Assembly (NCBI GenBank): GCA_051294905.1
Contig: CM119372.1
Span: 23,872,001 to 23,936,000 of the forward strand
Length of the DNA: 64,000 nt
Reading direction: 5' to 3'
From: Botryllus schlosseri
Taxonomy: Eukaryota
Every line of letters starts with the position of its first letter. The first letter of the stretch is position 1. Shown here in pieces: positions 51,860 through 64,000 of the stretch. A program made the translations under genes and the position numbers. Under the pieces are notes generated by a model. The model saw only the letters and a program-made list of their open reading frames with translations. It searched no databases and had not been told where the DNA came from.

Positions 51860-54455
51860 TGTACAACTTGAATCGATCAGTTGTCGAACTAATGCTTTAC
51901 CGGTATGTACGATCGATCACGAGCTCACCACGCACTTGTCGTTCGAGAGCGACTCATTTCGCTATAGACAATCAGTTGTGTTCGCGTGTACCGTAATATA
52001 TCCTCAACACTTGTTATGCCAACACCTCCAAGCATATTTACAATATCATGCTAAGGAACTATTGCTTCGGCAGCCACGCGCTGTCGTTCGAATTCGACTA
52101 ATTTCGCTGTAGACAATCAGTTGTGCTCGTGTGTGTCGTAACATATCCTCAACACATGTTATGCCAACACCGCCGAGCATATTTGCAGCATCATACTACG
52201 GATATATTGAACCGGCGAAGTGTTACCGTCAGAGAATTGCTGCGCCACACCTTCGAGCCTCGCTTTCGCGCTCGGTAACTGCGAGTACGATGTCAGATTC
52301 AATTGTCCAGTGACGAATCGGGGTAGCTCGCTTCATCGGGGTGGACAGACCTTATTTGGCTGAAACGCGCTCGGTGGTGCAATAATGGGAATGAATTGTG
52401 ACAGATCATACCTGATACGATCTATAGCCTGAGGTGAGGTGTAAAGTAGAGTGGGAGATTTCGAAATCGGAATCCACTGCGACTATAGGATTGCAAAATC
52501 AAAGTCCAAAAAATCCGACTGGCCCGTAAAGTCCTGGTATTTCCATGTATTAGGCTGGTAAAATGTAACATAAATCCAACTCTCAAAGACACTTGGCCGC
52601 ATCCAGTCCGGGTTTAACCAAAACTGATGAAATCTGCGCCGGGTCCGGAAACGAATCGTGACCACCCCCGTCCAGACAAAATAGTTCTGCTGTAAGGGGA
52701 GTGTCGTTGTACATTAATTTGCGTACAGCGAGACTTTGTATCGACTCATTGACGGACTTCTGTTTGTATCGCGTTTGGTTTAGAATCCCAATTCTATATA
52801 GTGCGGCCCGCGAAATGATTCAAATGTTGAATGCGGCCCGCGAGCTCAAAAGTTTGCCCACCCCTGATGTATATTGTACCACTTGAATCGATCTGTTGGC
52901 GAACTAATGCTTTGCCCGTCTGTAACATACACATATCGATCACGAGCTCACCACGCACTTGCCGCTCGAGAGCGACTGATTTCGCTATAGACAATCAGTT
53001 CAGTGTTGCCAATTTAGCGATTTTCGCGCTAGATCTAGCGATTTTTCATCCGGTTTAGCGCTAAAAATATGGATCTAGCGCCCAGCGATAAATCTAGCGA
53101 TTTTTGAAATGGTATTTAGCGATTATTTAGCGCTTTTTACCGAAAATAACTAATAAAGATCGGTTCTGGCCGACGACTATGGCGACTCATCTGCCACCAG
53201 AGTGCGGACTCCAATGATATGTAATGAAATTAATGATGGATTACTAACGTACGGATAGATACGCAACTCCTGGCGGTTACGCATGGGCAAACAGTGTCTC
53301 TTCTTGCTGTGTAAAGTAGCATAATTGACAGTGCTACATCTGGCGACCTGAGCGCTGCAATTTAATATGATTGGCCTTGATCGAAAGCTAGTGTCGCAGT
53401 GATTTCGAAGATGCAAAATAAAATCTCGTCAGGACAATGGAACCATGCACCCCGAAACAGCCCTCGAAGTCTGAAAACCAGCATTGCTTCAATAATGGCA
53501 CCGCCGCAACACAATGGACATAACAATGACCAATTTCGTCCAGCGATTGTTCTGATCAATGTCGATTTTCAGACTCTTGGGGCTACTTTGAGGTCGTTGC
53601 ATTGTCTTTACAAGAATTTAATTCGTATTGTCGGAATCAGTGTGACACTGGCGTTTAAGACCAGATTCATTAAATTTCTTACTCCGGGTTGGTCCTCTAC
53701 TTTTAGTGGCTGGCAAACCCGGTTCAAGTCGTGTTGTATCGGGTCAAGTCGCATGTTGCGTACAAGTGTGTCAAGTCGCATGTCGTGTTCAAGTACTCCA
53801 ACTCAGTTTCGAGAAGTCAAGCGCATTTCCGCGGTACATCGCATCACTATTCACGGACGCATGGAGCAAGGCACGCTTATAGAGTGAGCGGTTATGCCTG
53901 CAAACCTGGTCAGTGGTCACGTATAGCGATCATTGCGCAAAGCGATCCGCTCTACCGAAACGCACTGCACGTTTTGTTCCGCCTAGAGATGAATATTACG
54001 TATTATGAACTAGAAATATGATAAGTGACTTTGGCCCCCAGGCGAGTAAAATACAGCTGAGAAGAGTGTATTGATATTATGGTTCAATTTAACACCTTTA
54101 GCAATTAATGTAGATCTAGCGCTATTTTTTAGCGCTCTTTTCTCAATATTTAGCAACATCTAGCGATTTTTGACACCAGTTTTGGCGATTTTCTTCCATC
54201 CGGAGTTGGCAACACTGAATCAGTTGTGTTCGCGTGTACCGTAACGTATCCTCAACACTTGTTATGCCAACACCAATATCATACTAAGGAACTATTGCTT
54301 CGGCAGACACGCACTGTCGTTCGAATTCGACTAATTTCGCTGCTGACAATCAGTTGTGCTCACGTGTGCCGTAAAATATCCTCAACAAATGTTATGTCAT
54401 ATTTGCAGCATCATACTATGGACGTATTGACTCGGCGGAGTGTTACCGTGAGAGA
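51860..54455 (+). repeat. Diverged direct duplication: 51860-52230 versus 52870-53000 plus 54218-54455, the second copy split by a MITE
   Basis: Shared ACTTGAATCGATC...GCTATAGACAATCAGTT|GTGTTCGCGTGTACCGTAA. Confidence 0.8.
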
Positions 54456-57126
54456 AATGCTGTTTGACCCCCTCGTCCTAGCCTTGAATTTACCGTTTCG
54501 AAAAATTCCACCAGAAGAAGCTGTGATCGAGTGTCACAATCAATGTCAGCCACGCTCCATCAATCTGTTGTTTTGACAAAACCAGTACGTATACGCCGGA
54601 GATGAGCATTGATTAGGATTTAGAAAAAACGTATTTGTGAAATTTTTCCGGATTAGGTTGAATTAAGTTTTGAGATTGATTTACTATATCGTACGGGCAA
54701 CTACTACCGAGACCCGTCGTGACGAAATCGGATGAATCAGTCATGGAACGACAAGTTAGGGCTAACCGCTTATATTCCTAGTTTATTCTTGAAAGCTCTA
54801 TAGATTACTGGTTAGCTGCATGTTGTGGGCGATTGACAACAGTTAGTTGTCGCTGTTATACAATTTACACTTTGTGTTATACATTCCTCGTTACCACCGC
54901 GAACTAGGAGGTCAATCACGACGACGGGCAACTACTCCCAATTGGCGGAATACTGTTTGATTCATCTGTATAATCAGGTTTAGCACCACAAGAAGTATAT
55001 TAGTAGTTTATGATTGAATGAAATCTATCCATCAAACAACGATAACAACTATATAGATCTCGTTCGTATTACTATGAAAGCTAATCGATCACGTCCACAC
55101 AATATTATTACGTAGCATTCATTTGATGGGGTTGTTGTTGTTAGTATTGTAACATGGTGATCGGCTACTATGACCTTTACACCAGTTCTAAAAGGGTAAG
55201 GAATTGGTTAGTGTTACAGCTGTCTGACGGTGGGGTATTCGACAAAATTACTATGTTTTACTACGGAAGCTATGATCACACGGACGGGCTCTCATCACTT
55301 ATCGTACGAATGCTTGTAATCTCGATGTAGTGTGATACACACGAATCAGCTGTGATCAGTCGAGTGTGACACGATCGAAGTCACTATTTACTGTTTGAAA
55401 TAACTCGTATATTCCGTTCAAGAAATGTCCCTCATTTGTCCAAATATCCTCCTTTTTGTCAAATTGTCTTCCTTTTTTTATCTTAAAATATCTAAAAAGA
55501 CTACGAATGGCACTAAATGATGACCTAGTTTACGAGCGATGGGTATTTCGGGAGTCAGGGGACAAAATGAGCTTTTTTAGTCAACACCATGAAATTTGAT
55601 GTATAAACATACAAATCATTCGTCCGCTATAGTAACTTTTTGCAGCTCGTGAAAAGTGTCCTCCTTTCGGGGCTTATGTTAACCCTATATTTTACCAGCT
55701 TTTAGTCTCGGACTTGAACATCGAAGTTTGCACATAATTTCACATTACATTCCCTATGACAAGCATAGGCTATTACGGTTATGGGACCTGTGCTCTCAAA
55801 CATGTATTGATGAATAGCGAAAGCGACCACAAGCTATCATTACATGAAAAAAACGAGCTCACTAGCCGGTCCATGTTGGGATGTACACACCAATGGCCAT
55901 GTCCATGATCTGAAGTTTGCACATAATTTCACATTGCATTCCCATGACTTAGCACATACTATTACGTGGGTATGGGGTCTGTGCTTTTCAAACATGTATC
56001 GATGAATACCGAAAGCGACTCAAGCTACCATTACACGAAAAATCGAGCACACTCGTTCCTCCCTGTCGGGGTATACCCACCTTCGTTTCGTACAGACAAA
56101 TGTTTCCATGTTGCAGCGAGAATAGCGGGGAGGGTGGTAGATCATTATCACAATAAGTACCTTGGGATGAGTGTGAAATCGACATCGTCCGTTAAGCGAC
56201 TGAAGCAAGTCGCCACTACAATCACTCTCTGCGTAGTGCGTAAACGCAACGTACAAAGCGCTGCTGGGTATACGAAACTACGGATTCTAGCCAAAGCGAG
56301 GTTATCGAGATAGCTGTAGCGATTCACAACACATGCTAAATCTCCTTGAAATGGGAGTACAAAATGTATCGCTTTGAAATACTCAAGTAGAAGTAGTTGT
56401 TAAAGAGTAATTCGCACCGTAAAATTGCAACTGTTTTGGAGTGCTAATGTCACACAATTGCTATATTGATCACTCGCTTATGTGTAGAAAGCAGAAATTG
56501 ACCCCTGGGTTGTACGATCTCGTGGCCTTGACAAACGTTCTATAGCTCAAAAGTCACTGTCATGTTGGGCTTTGATTGCTGTTGTACTCTTGTTAGCGTC
56601 GATATTCATTGGTACGTGTTTTCATGGTCTAAAATGTTGGTTATTATAGAGTGTTTTCGTAAAAGGTTGGGAGCCACTGATTTAGGCCTTGATGGGTTCA
56701 ACCAAATACACGTGTAACACATCCTATTCCTGGGCCGTAACCGATCCTTTACCACACCTTCTATACGATAAACGTCCTTTTTATCCAGAGGTAAGCCGAC
56801 GACATACGGGAAATGCGGGCGCTGACGTGCTATTTTGTTATTCTCTCCGCGTAGCATGAAAGAAGGTATTGAGGTACCCTCCCCAGGTCACTGCGAGCGT
56901 AAGTTAAGTCAATCTCTGTGTATGTAGTGTTAATGTCGCACCGTCGCAATAATGTTCACTTATGTGTAGAAAGCAGAAATTGACGACTCGATTACTTGTA
57001 CGAGCTTGTAGCTTTGGTAAGCTTGCTGAAGCGGAAAGCCACTCAAGTTGGACATTAAATTGATTGGTGTTCATTCTCTTGTTAGCGTTGATAGTCGTTG
57101 GTACGTGCTTTCGTGCTTTAAAATTT
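52346..57126 (+). repeat. Left arm of a large inverted repeat. The outer limit is set only by the window end of the other arm
   Basis: Reverse complement of 58800-64000. Mirror ORFs have identical translations, and coordinate sums are 116346 (outer), 115918 and 115926 (inner). Confidence 0.97.
53001..54217. mobile_element. Non-autonomous hAT element (TIR CAGTGTTGCCAA) with TAGCG subterminal repeats
   Basis: TSD AATCAGTT. The paralogous site at about 51970 is empty. Confidence 0.9.
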
Positions 57127-59970
57127 TCAACGAATTTTAAAGATAAATAAAGAAAAAGCTGATTCACACTTTTGCAAGCAATACTTCCGGGTATCCCGCT
57201 GTGCGGTAATGAAAAGAGGAGATTTAGGTCATAGCGAAATAGAATAAACTTCAAAAATGGGGTTGATAAATTTTGTAAAGTACCATAAGACATACTCAAC
57301 ATCAACTAATGAATTAGATATGATGTCTTGATGTCATGTGACTATGAAATCGGTTACACATTGTAACACATCGGTATCAGACAATAACTTATACAAGCTT
57401 AAATGTGTGTTAATTTGCTTTGTAATGTGTGTTAGTGGGCATGGGGATGATTATTTCATCAATTGAATCGATTGCGATTACGATTACTGCTGAATCATCC
57501 GACTATAATTACGGTTACAGAAAAATCCCACAAGTAGTCGAAACGTAATCACCAAGGTGCTAATTTGTTATCTCTCCTCCGTCATATGTCACCGGGTATA
57601 GGCATTGATACAATGCAGTATTGAATGCGATCCTAATAAGAATTGATACTATGCAGTGTTGACCGTGATATGTGAGGACCCCTGCTGTATGCTAATATGT
57701 CTTTTTACAAAAGTTATCACTCGTAACCCCCACAGTGTGCGAGTTATCAACAAATCGCAGACACACTACTTCGCATAGGGGAGAATAATAACCCTCCACT
57801 CTGCTTAGTTTCAAATAGCAAAGCAATTATTGACGTTTCTTGTGTGTTAAACACATTTGGAACGCTGCTCCTTGGCCAGTAGTACGAACAGCGGACATCT
57901 ATTTGAAGTTTTACACTCATCAAATAATACATGACAAATTTCCACATCAAAGCAATAAAATCATCGGGTACCAAAATAAATCATAACCGAGCCCGGTGGT
58001 AACGACAGCTCGCGGCCTTGTACGAATTATCTAACTAATTGGTTGACGGTCAGCCATCTGCGGTTTTATGTAGTTATAGTTGCGGAGTTAAAAAAGTCAG
58101 TTGTTCGAGTTCTAGTTGCGCATTCTAGAACTGATTTCGCTGTGAAACTTGAACTGTAGAATAAAACATGTGTCGCGGTTTCACGTAAATCATGATACCG
58201 ATGTTCTGTTATGTGATGTGCTTGCGGCCGTTGTTAGCTCACAGTCAGCGATACTAACAGTGGCTTAGGAAGGGTTTCAACCACTTCAAATTCAAAGACC
58301 TATCCTTTCAAAATACCGATTCTATGTCTAATACTTCTTAGCTCATTTCCAAATCATCATTAATCCGTATTATCGGAAATCATAGTCAGTTGTACAGCCT
58401 AGTTTATATTGCTACTTCATTTATGTACCCTCTTCATTACAACACACTAGGTGGCGGAAACGAGTAAAAATATTTATTTAAACGTATAGCACGTAGTGGG
58501 GGTACTTGTCGATCGCGTTGAACACTGTATTGTCGGGTACCACAGCCCAATGTCTACCTACCCTGTCATGTGACGTCGAAATAATAACGAAATGGCACGT
58601 TAGTGCTGCGTCTTCACAGATCATCGTGCTACGTATGAGTAAAAGCTACGTTTACCATATAGAAGGTGTGGTAAAAGATCGGTTTCGGCCCGGGGTAGGA
58701 TGTGTTACACTGTTACACGCGTATTTTGTTGAACACATCAAGGTCTAAATCAGTTGTTCCTGCCTATTTATGACCATCCTTCGATGATAACAATAACATA
58801 AATTTTAAAGCACGAAAGCACGTACCAACGACTATCAACGCTAACAAGAGAACGAACACCAATCAATTTAATGTCCAACTTGAGTGGCTTTCCGCTTCAG
58901 CAAGCTTACCAAAGCTACAAGCTCGTACAAGTAATCGAGTCGTCAATTTCTGCTTTCTACACATAAGTGAACATTATTGCGACGGTGCGACATTAACACT
59001 ACATACACAGAGATTGACTTAACTTACGCTCGCAGTGACCTTGGGAGGGTACCTCAATACCTTCTTTCATGCTACGCGGAGAGAATAACAAAATAGCACG
59101 TCAGCGCCCGCATTTCCCGTATGTCGTCGGCTTACCTCTGGATAAAAAGGACGTTTATCGTATAGAAGGTGTGGTAAAGGATCGGTTACGGCCCAGGAAT
59201 AGGATGTGTTACACGTGTATTTGGTTGAAGGCCTAAATCAGTGGCTCCCAACCTTTTACGAAAACACTCTATAATAACCAACATTTTAGACCATGAAAAC
59301 ACGTACCAATGAATATCGACGCTAACAAGAGTACAACAGCAATCAAAGCCCAACATGACAGTGACTTTTGAGCTATAGAACGTTTGTCAAGGCCACGAGA
59401 TCGTACAACCCAGGGGTCAATTTCTGCTTTCTACACATAAGCGAGTGATCAATATAGCAATTGTGTGACATTAGCACTCCAAAACAGTTGCAATTTTACG
59501 GTGCGAATTACTCTTTAACAACTACTTCTACTTGAGTATTTCAAAGCGATACATTTTGTACTCCCATTTCAAGGAGATTTAGCATGTGTTGTGAATCGCT
59601 ACAGCTATCTCGATAACCTCGCTTTGGCTAGAATCCGTAGTTTCGTATACCCAGCAGCGCTTTGTACGTTGCGTTTACGCACTACGCAGAGAGTGATTGT
59701 AGTGGCGACTTGCTTCAGTCGCTTAACGGACGATGTCGATTTCACACTCATCCCAAGGTACTCATTGTGATAATGATCTACCACCCTCCCCGCTATTCTC
59801 GCTGCAACATGGAAACATTTGTCTGTACGAAACGAAGGTGGGTATACCCCGACAGGGAGGAACGAGTGTGCTCGATTTTTCGTGTAATGGTAGCTTGAGT
59901 CGCTTTCGGTATTCATCGATACATGTTTGAAAAGCACAGCCCCCATACCCACGTAATAGTATGTGCTAAG

Positions 59971-60390
59971 TAGGGCTGGGCACAATGATTCGAGTACTCG
60001 AATCTGAATCGAGTATTAATCCTAATGATTCGAGTCGAGTAGTAAGAGGTGATTTTTTCGAGTACTGAAATCGTACGCTCCAAGTCAATAACAGTAAATT
60101 GATCAACGAAAATTATAATTCGATACCATTTTCCACTCAGGAAGCCTTGAAACTTCGATTAGTCGTATGACAGCATATGTAACACGTATTGCAAAGCTAC
60201 AAATTACCTTTACATGGTGTACGACAGGTTTTATGTTATTTGCGGTAGGATAAAATTCATATTTGAATTTTGTCATCTCCCATACTGATGTGACGTCATA
60301 ATAAGTGATACTCGATTACTCGACTCGACTCGAATCAAAATACTCGATTCAGAATCGAATCACTCAGGTACTCGATTTTGCCCAGCCCTA
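59971..60390. mobile_element. hAT MITE present only in the right arm
   Basis: 12-bp TIR TAGGGCTGGGCA and TSD GTGCTAAG. The site is empty at about 55950 in the left arm. Confidence 0.95.
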
Positions 60391-62128
60391 GTGCTAAGTC
60401 ATGGGAATGCAATGTGAAATTATGTGCAAACTTCAGATCATGGACATGGCCATTGGTGTGTACATCCCAACATGGACCGGCTAGTGAGCTCGTTTTTTTC
60501 ATGTAATGATAGCTTGTGGTCGCTTTCGCTATTCATCAATACATGTTTGAGAGCACAGGTCCCATAACCGTAATAGCCTATGCTTGTCATAGGGAATGTA
60601 ATGTGAAATTATGTGCAAACTTCGATGTTCAAGTCCGAGACTAAAAGCTGGTAAAATATAGGGTTAACATAAGCCCCGAAAGGAGGACACTTTTCACGAG
60701 CTGCAAAAAGTTACTATAGCGGACGAATGATTTGTATGTTTATACATCAAATTTCATGGTGTTGACTAAAAAAGCTCATTTTGTCCCCTGACTCCCGAAA
60801 TACCCATCGCTCGTAAACTAGGTCATCATTTAGTGCCATTCGTAGTCTTTTTAGATATTTTAAGATAAAAAAAGGAAGACAATTTGACAAAAAGGAGGAT
60901 ATTTGGACAAATGAGGGACATTTCTTGAACGGAATATACGAGTTATTTCAAACAGTAAATAGTGACTTCGATCGTGTCACACTCGACTGATCACAGCTGA
61001 TTCGTGTGTATCACACTACATCGAGATTACAAGCATTCGTACGATAAGTGATGAGAGCCCGTCCGTGTGATCATAGCTTCCGTAGTAAAACATAGTAATT
61101 TTGTCGAATACCCCACCGTCAGACAGCTGTAACACTAACCAATTCCTTACCCTTTTAGAACTGGTGTAAAGGTCATAGTAGCCGATCACCATGTTACAAT
61201 ACTAACAACAACAACCCCATCAAATGAATGCTACGTAATAATATTGTGTGGACGTGATCGATTAGCTTTCATAGTAATACGAACGAGATCTATATAGTTG
61301 TTATCGTTGTTTGATGGATAGATTTCATTCAATCATAAACTACTAATATACTTCTTGTGGTGCTAAACCTGATTATACAGATGAATCAAACAGTATTCCG
61401 CCAATTGGGAGTAGTTGCCCGTCGTCGTGATTGACCTCCTAGTTCGCGGTGGTAACGAGGAATGTATAACACAAAGTGTAAATTGTATAACAGCGACAAC
61501 TAACTGTTGTCAATCGCCCACAACATGCAGCTAACCAGTAATCTATAGAGCTTTCAAGAATAAACTAGGAATATAAGCGGTTAGCCCTAACTTGTCGTTC
61601 CATGACTGATTCATCCGATTTCGTCACGACGGGTCTCGGTAGTAGTTGCCCGTACGATATAGTAAATCAATCTCAAAACTTAATTCAACCTAATCCGGAA
61701 AAATTTCACAAATACGTTTTTTCTAAATCCTAATCAATGCTCATCTCCGGCGTATACGTACTGGTTTTGTCAAAACAACAGATTGATGGAGCGTGGCTGA
61801 CATTGATTGTGACACTCGATCACAGCTTCTTCTGGTGGAATTTTTCGAAACGGTAAATTCAAGGCTAGGACGAGGGGGTCAAACAGCATTTCTCTCACGG
61901 TAACACTCCGCCGAGTCAATACGTCCATAGTATGATGCTGCAAATATGACATAACATTTGTTGAGGATATTTTACGGCACACGTGAGCACAACTGATTGT
62001 CAGCAGCGAAATTAGTCGAATTCGAACGACAGTGCGTGTCTGCCGAAGCAATAGTTCCTTAGTATGATATTGGTGTTGGCATAACAAGTGTTGAGGATAC
62101 GTTACGGTACACGCGAACACAACTGATT

Positions 62129-63345
62129 CAGTGTTGCCAACTCCGGATGGAAGAAAATCGCCAAAACTGGTGTCAAAAATCGCTAGATGTTGCTAAATAT
62201 TGAGAAAAGAGCGCTAAAAAATAGCGCTAGATCTACATTAATTGCTAAAGGTGTTAAATTGAACCATAATATCAATACACTCTTCTCAGCTGTATTTTAC
62301 TCGCCTGGGGGCCAAAGTCACTTATCATATTTCTAGTTCATAATACGTAATATTCATCTCTAGGCGGAACAAAACGTGCAGTGCGTTTCGGTAGAGCGGA
62401 TCGCTTTGCGCAATGATCGCTATACGTGACCACTGACCAGGTTTGCAGGCATAACCGCTCACTCTATAAGCGTGCCTTGCTCCATGCGTCCGTGAATAGT
62501 GATGCGATGTACCGCGGAAATGCGCTTGACTTCTCGAAACTGAGTTGGAGTACTTGAACACGACATGCGACTTGACACACTTGTACGCAACATGCGACTT
62601 GACCCGATACAACACGACTTGAACCGGGTTTGCCAGCCACTAAAAGTAGAGGACCAACCCGGAGTAAGAAATTTAATGAATCTGGTCTTAAACGCCAGTG
62701 TCACACTGATTCCGACAATACGAATTAAATTCTTGTAAAGACAATGCAACGACCTCAAAGTAGCCCCAAGAGTCTGAAAATCGACATTGATCAGAACAAT
62801 CGCTGGACGAAATTGGTCATTGTTATGTCCATTGTGTTGCGGCGGTGCCATTATTGAAGCAATGCTGGTTTTCAGACTTCGAGGGCTGTTTCGGGGTGCA
62901 TGGTTCCATTGTCCTGACGAGATTTTATTTTGCATCTTCGAAATCACTGCGACACTAGCTTTCGATCAAGGCCAATCATATTAAATTGCAGCGCTCAGGT
63001 CGCCAGATGTAGCACTGTCAATTATGCTACTTTACACAGCAAGAAGAGACACTGTTTGCCCATGCGTAACCGCCAGGAGTTGCGTATCTATCCGTACGTT
63101 AGTAATCCATCATTAATTTCATTACATATCATTGGAGTCCGCACTCTGGTGGCAGATGAGTCGCCATAGTCGTCGGCCAGAACCGATCTTTATTAGTTAT
63201 TTTCGGTAAAAAGCGCTAAATAATCGCTAAATACCATTTCAAAAATCGCTAGATTTATCGCTGGGCGCTAGATCCATATTTTTAGCGCTAAACCGGATGA
63301 AAAATCGCTAGATCTAGCGCGAAAATCGCTAAATTGGCAACACTG
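62129..63345. mobile_element. Mirror copy of the hAT element at 53001-54217
   Basis: Duplicated as part of the palindrome arm, with the same TSD. Confidence 0.9.
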
Positions 63346-64000
63346 AACTGATTGTCTATAGCGAAATCAGTCGCTCTCGAGCGGCAAGTGCGTGGTGAGC
63401 TCGTGATCGATATGTGTATGTTACAGACGGGCAAAGCATTAGTTCGCCAACAGATCGATTCAAGTGGTACAATATACATCAGGGGTGGGCAAACTTTTGA
63501 GCTCGCGGGCCGCATTCAACATTTGAATCATTTCGCGGGCCGCACTATATAGAATTGGGATTCTAAACCAAACGCGATACAAACAGAAGTCCGTCAATGA
63601 GTCGATACAAAGTCTCGCTGTACGCAAATTAATGTACAACGACACTCCCCTTACAGCAGAACTATTTTGTCTGGACGGGGGTGGTCACGATTCGTTTCCG
63701 GACCCGGCGCAGATTTCATCAGTTTTGGTTAAACCCGGACTGGATGCGGCCAAGTGTCTTTGAGAGTTGGATTTATGTTACATTTTACCAGCCTAATACA
63801 TGGAAATACCAGGACTTTACGGGCCAGTCGGATTTTTTGGACTTTGATTTTGCAATCCTATAGTCGCAGTGGATTCCGATTTCGAAATCTCCCACTCTAC
63901 TTTACACCTCACCTCAGGCTATAGATCGTATCAGGTATGATCTGTCACAATTCATTCCCATTATTGCACCACCGAGCGCGTTTCAGCCAAATAAGGTCTG

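Larger units (their letters stand above)
58800..64000 (-). repeat. Right arm of the large inverted repeat, running off the window
   Basis: Mirror of 52346-57126, with a private 420-bp MITE and an 8-bp deletion. Confidence 0.97.

Noticed and set aside
53177..54021. Duplicated ORFs of up to 162 aa in the palindrome arms
   Set aside because: They lie within a non-autonomous hAT element and have no recognisable domain. Their identity reflects only the duplication.

Overview
This is eukaryotic, AT-rich, transposon-dense genomic DNA. An ascidian/tunicate origin is plausible but is only inferred from the receptor type and repeat content. There are no prokaryotic operons, CRISPR arrays or rRNA. The main feature is a spliced + strand gene (about 7.07/13.2 kb to 49.8 kb) reconstructed by hand from GT-AG junctions. 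It encodes a von Willebrand A domain (MIDAS DGSSS), six LDL-receptor class A modules and a relaxin-receptor/GRL101-like 7TM domain, with no leucine-rich repeats seen and an extracellular loop 2 of about 95 residues. Its introns contain many nested hAT elements with 8-bp TSDs, including two oppositely oriented ~3 kb copies that bracket five LDLa exons. They also hold three tRNA-derived SINEs and RTE and R4-like LINE fragments. An ORF1-only L1/Tx1-like element lies at 3.1-5.6 kb. The last ~11.7 kb is a near-perfect palindrome (arms at least 4.8 kb, spacer 1.67 kb) that runs off the window end. All the arm differences I found lie in the ~1.2 kb next to the spacer.
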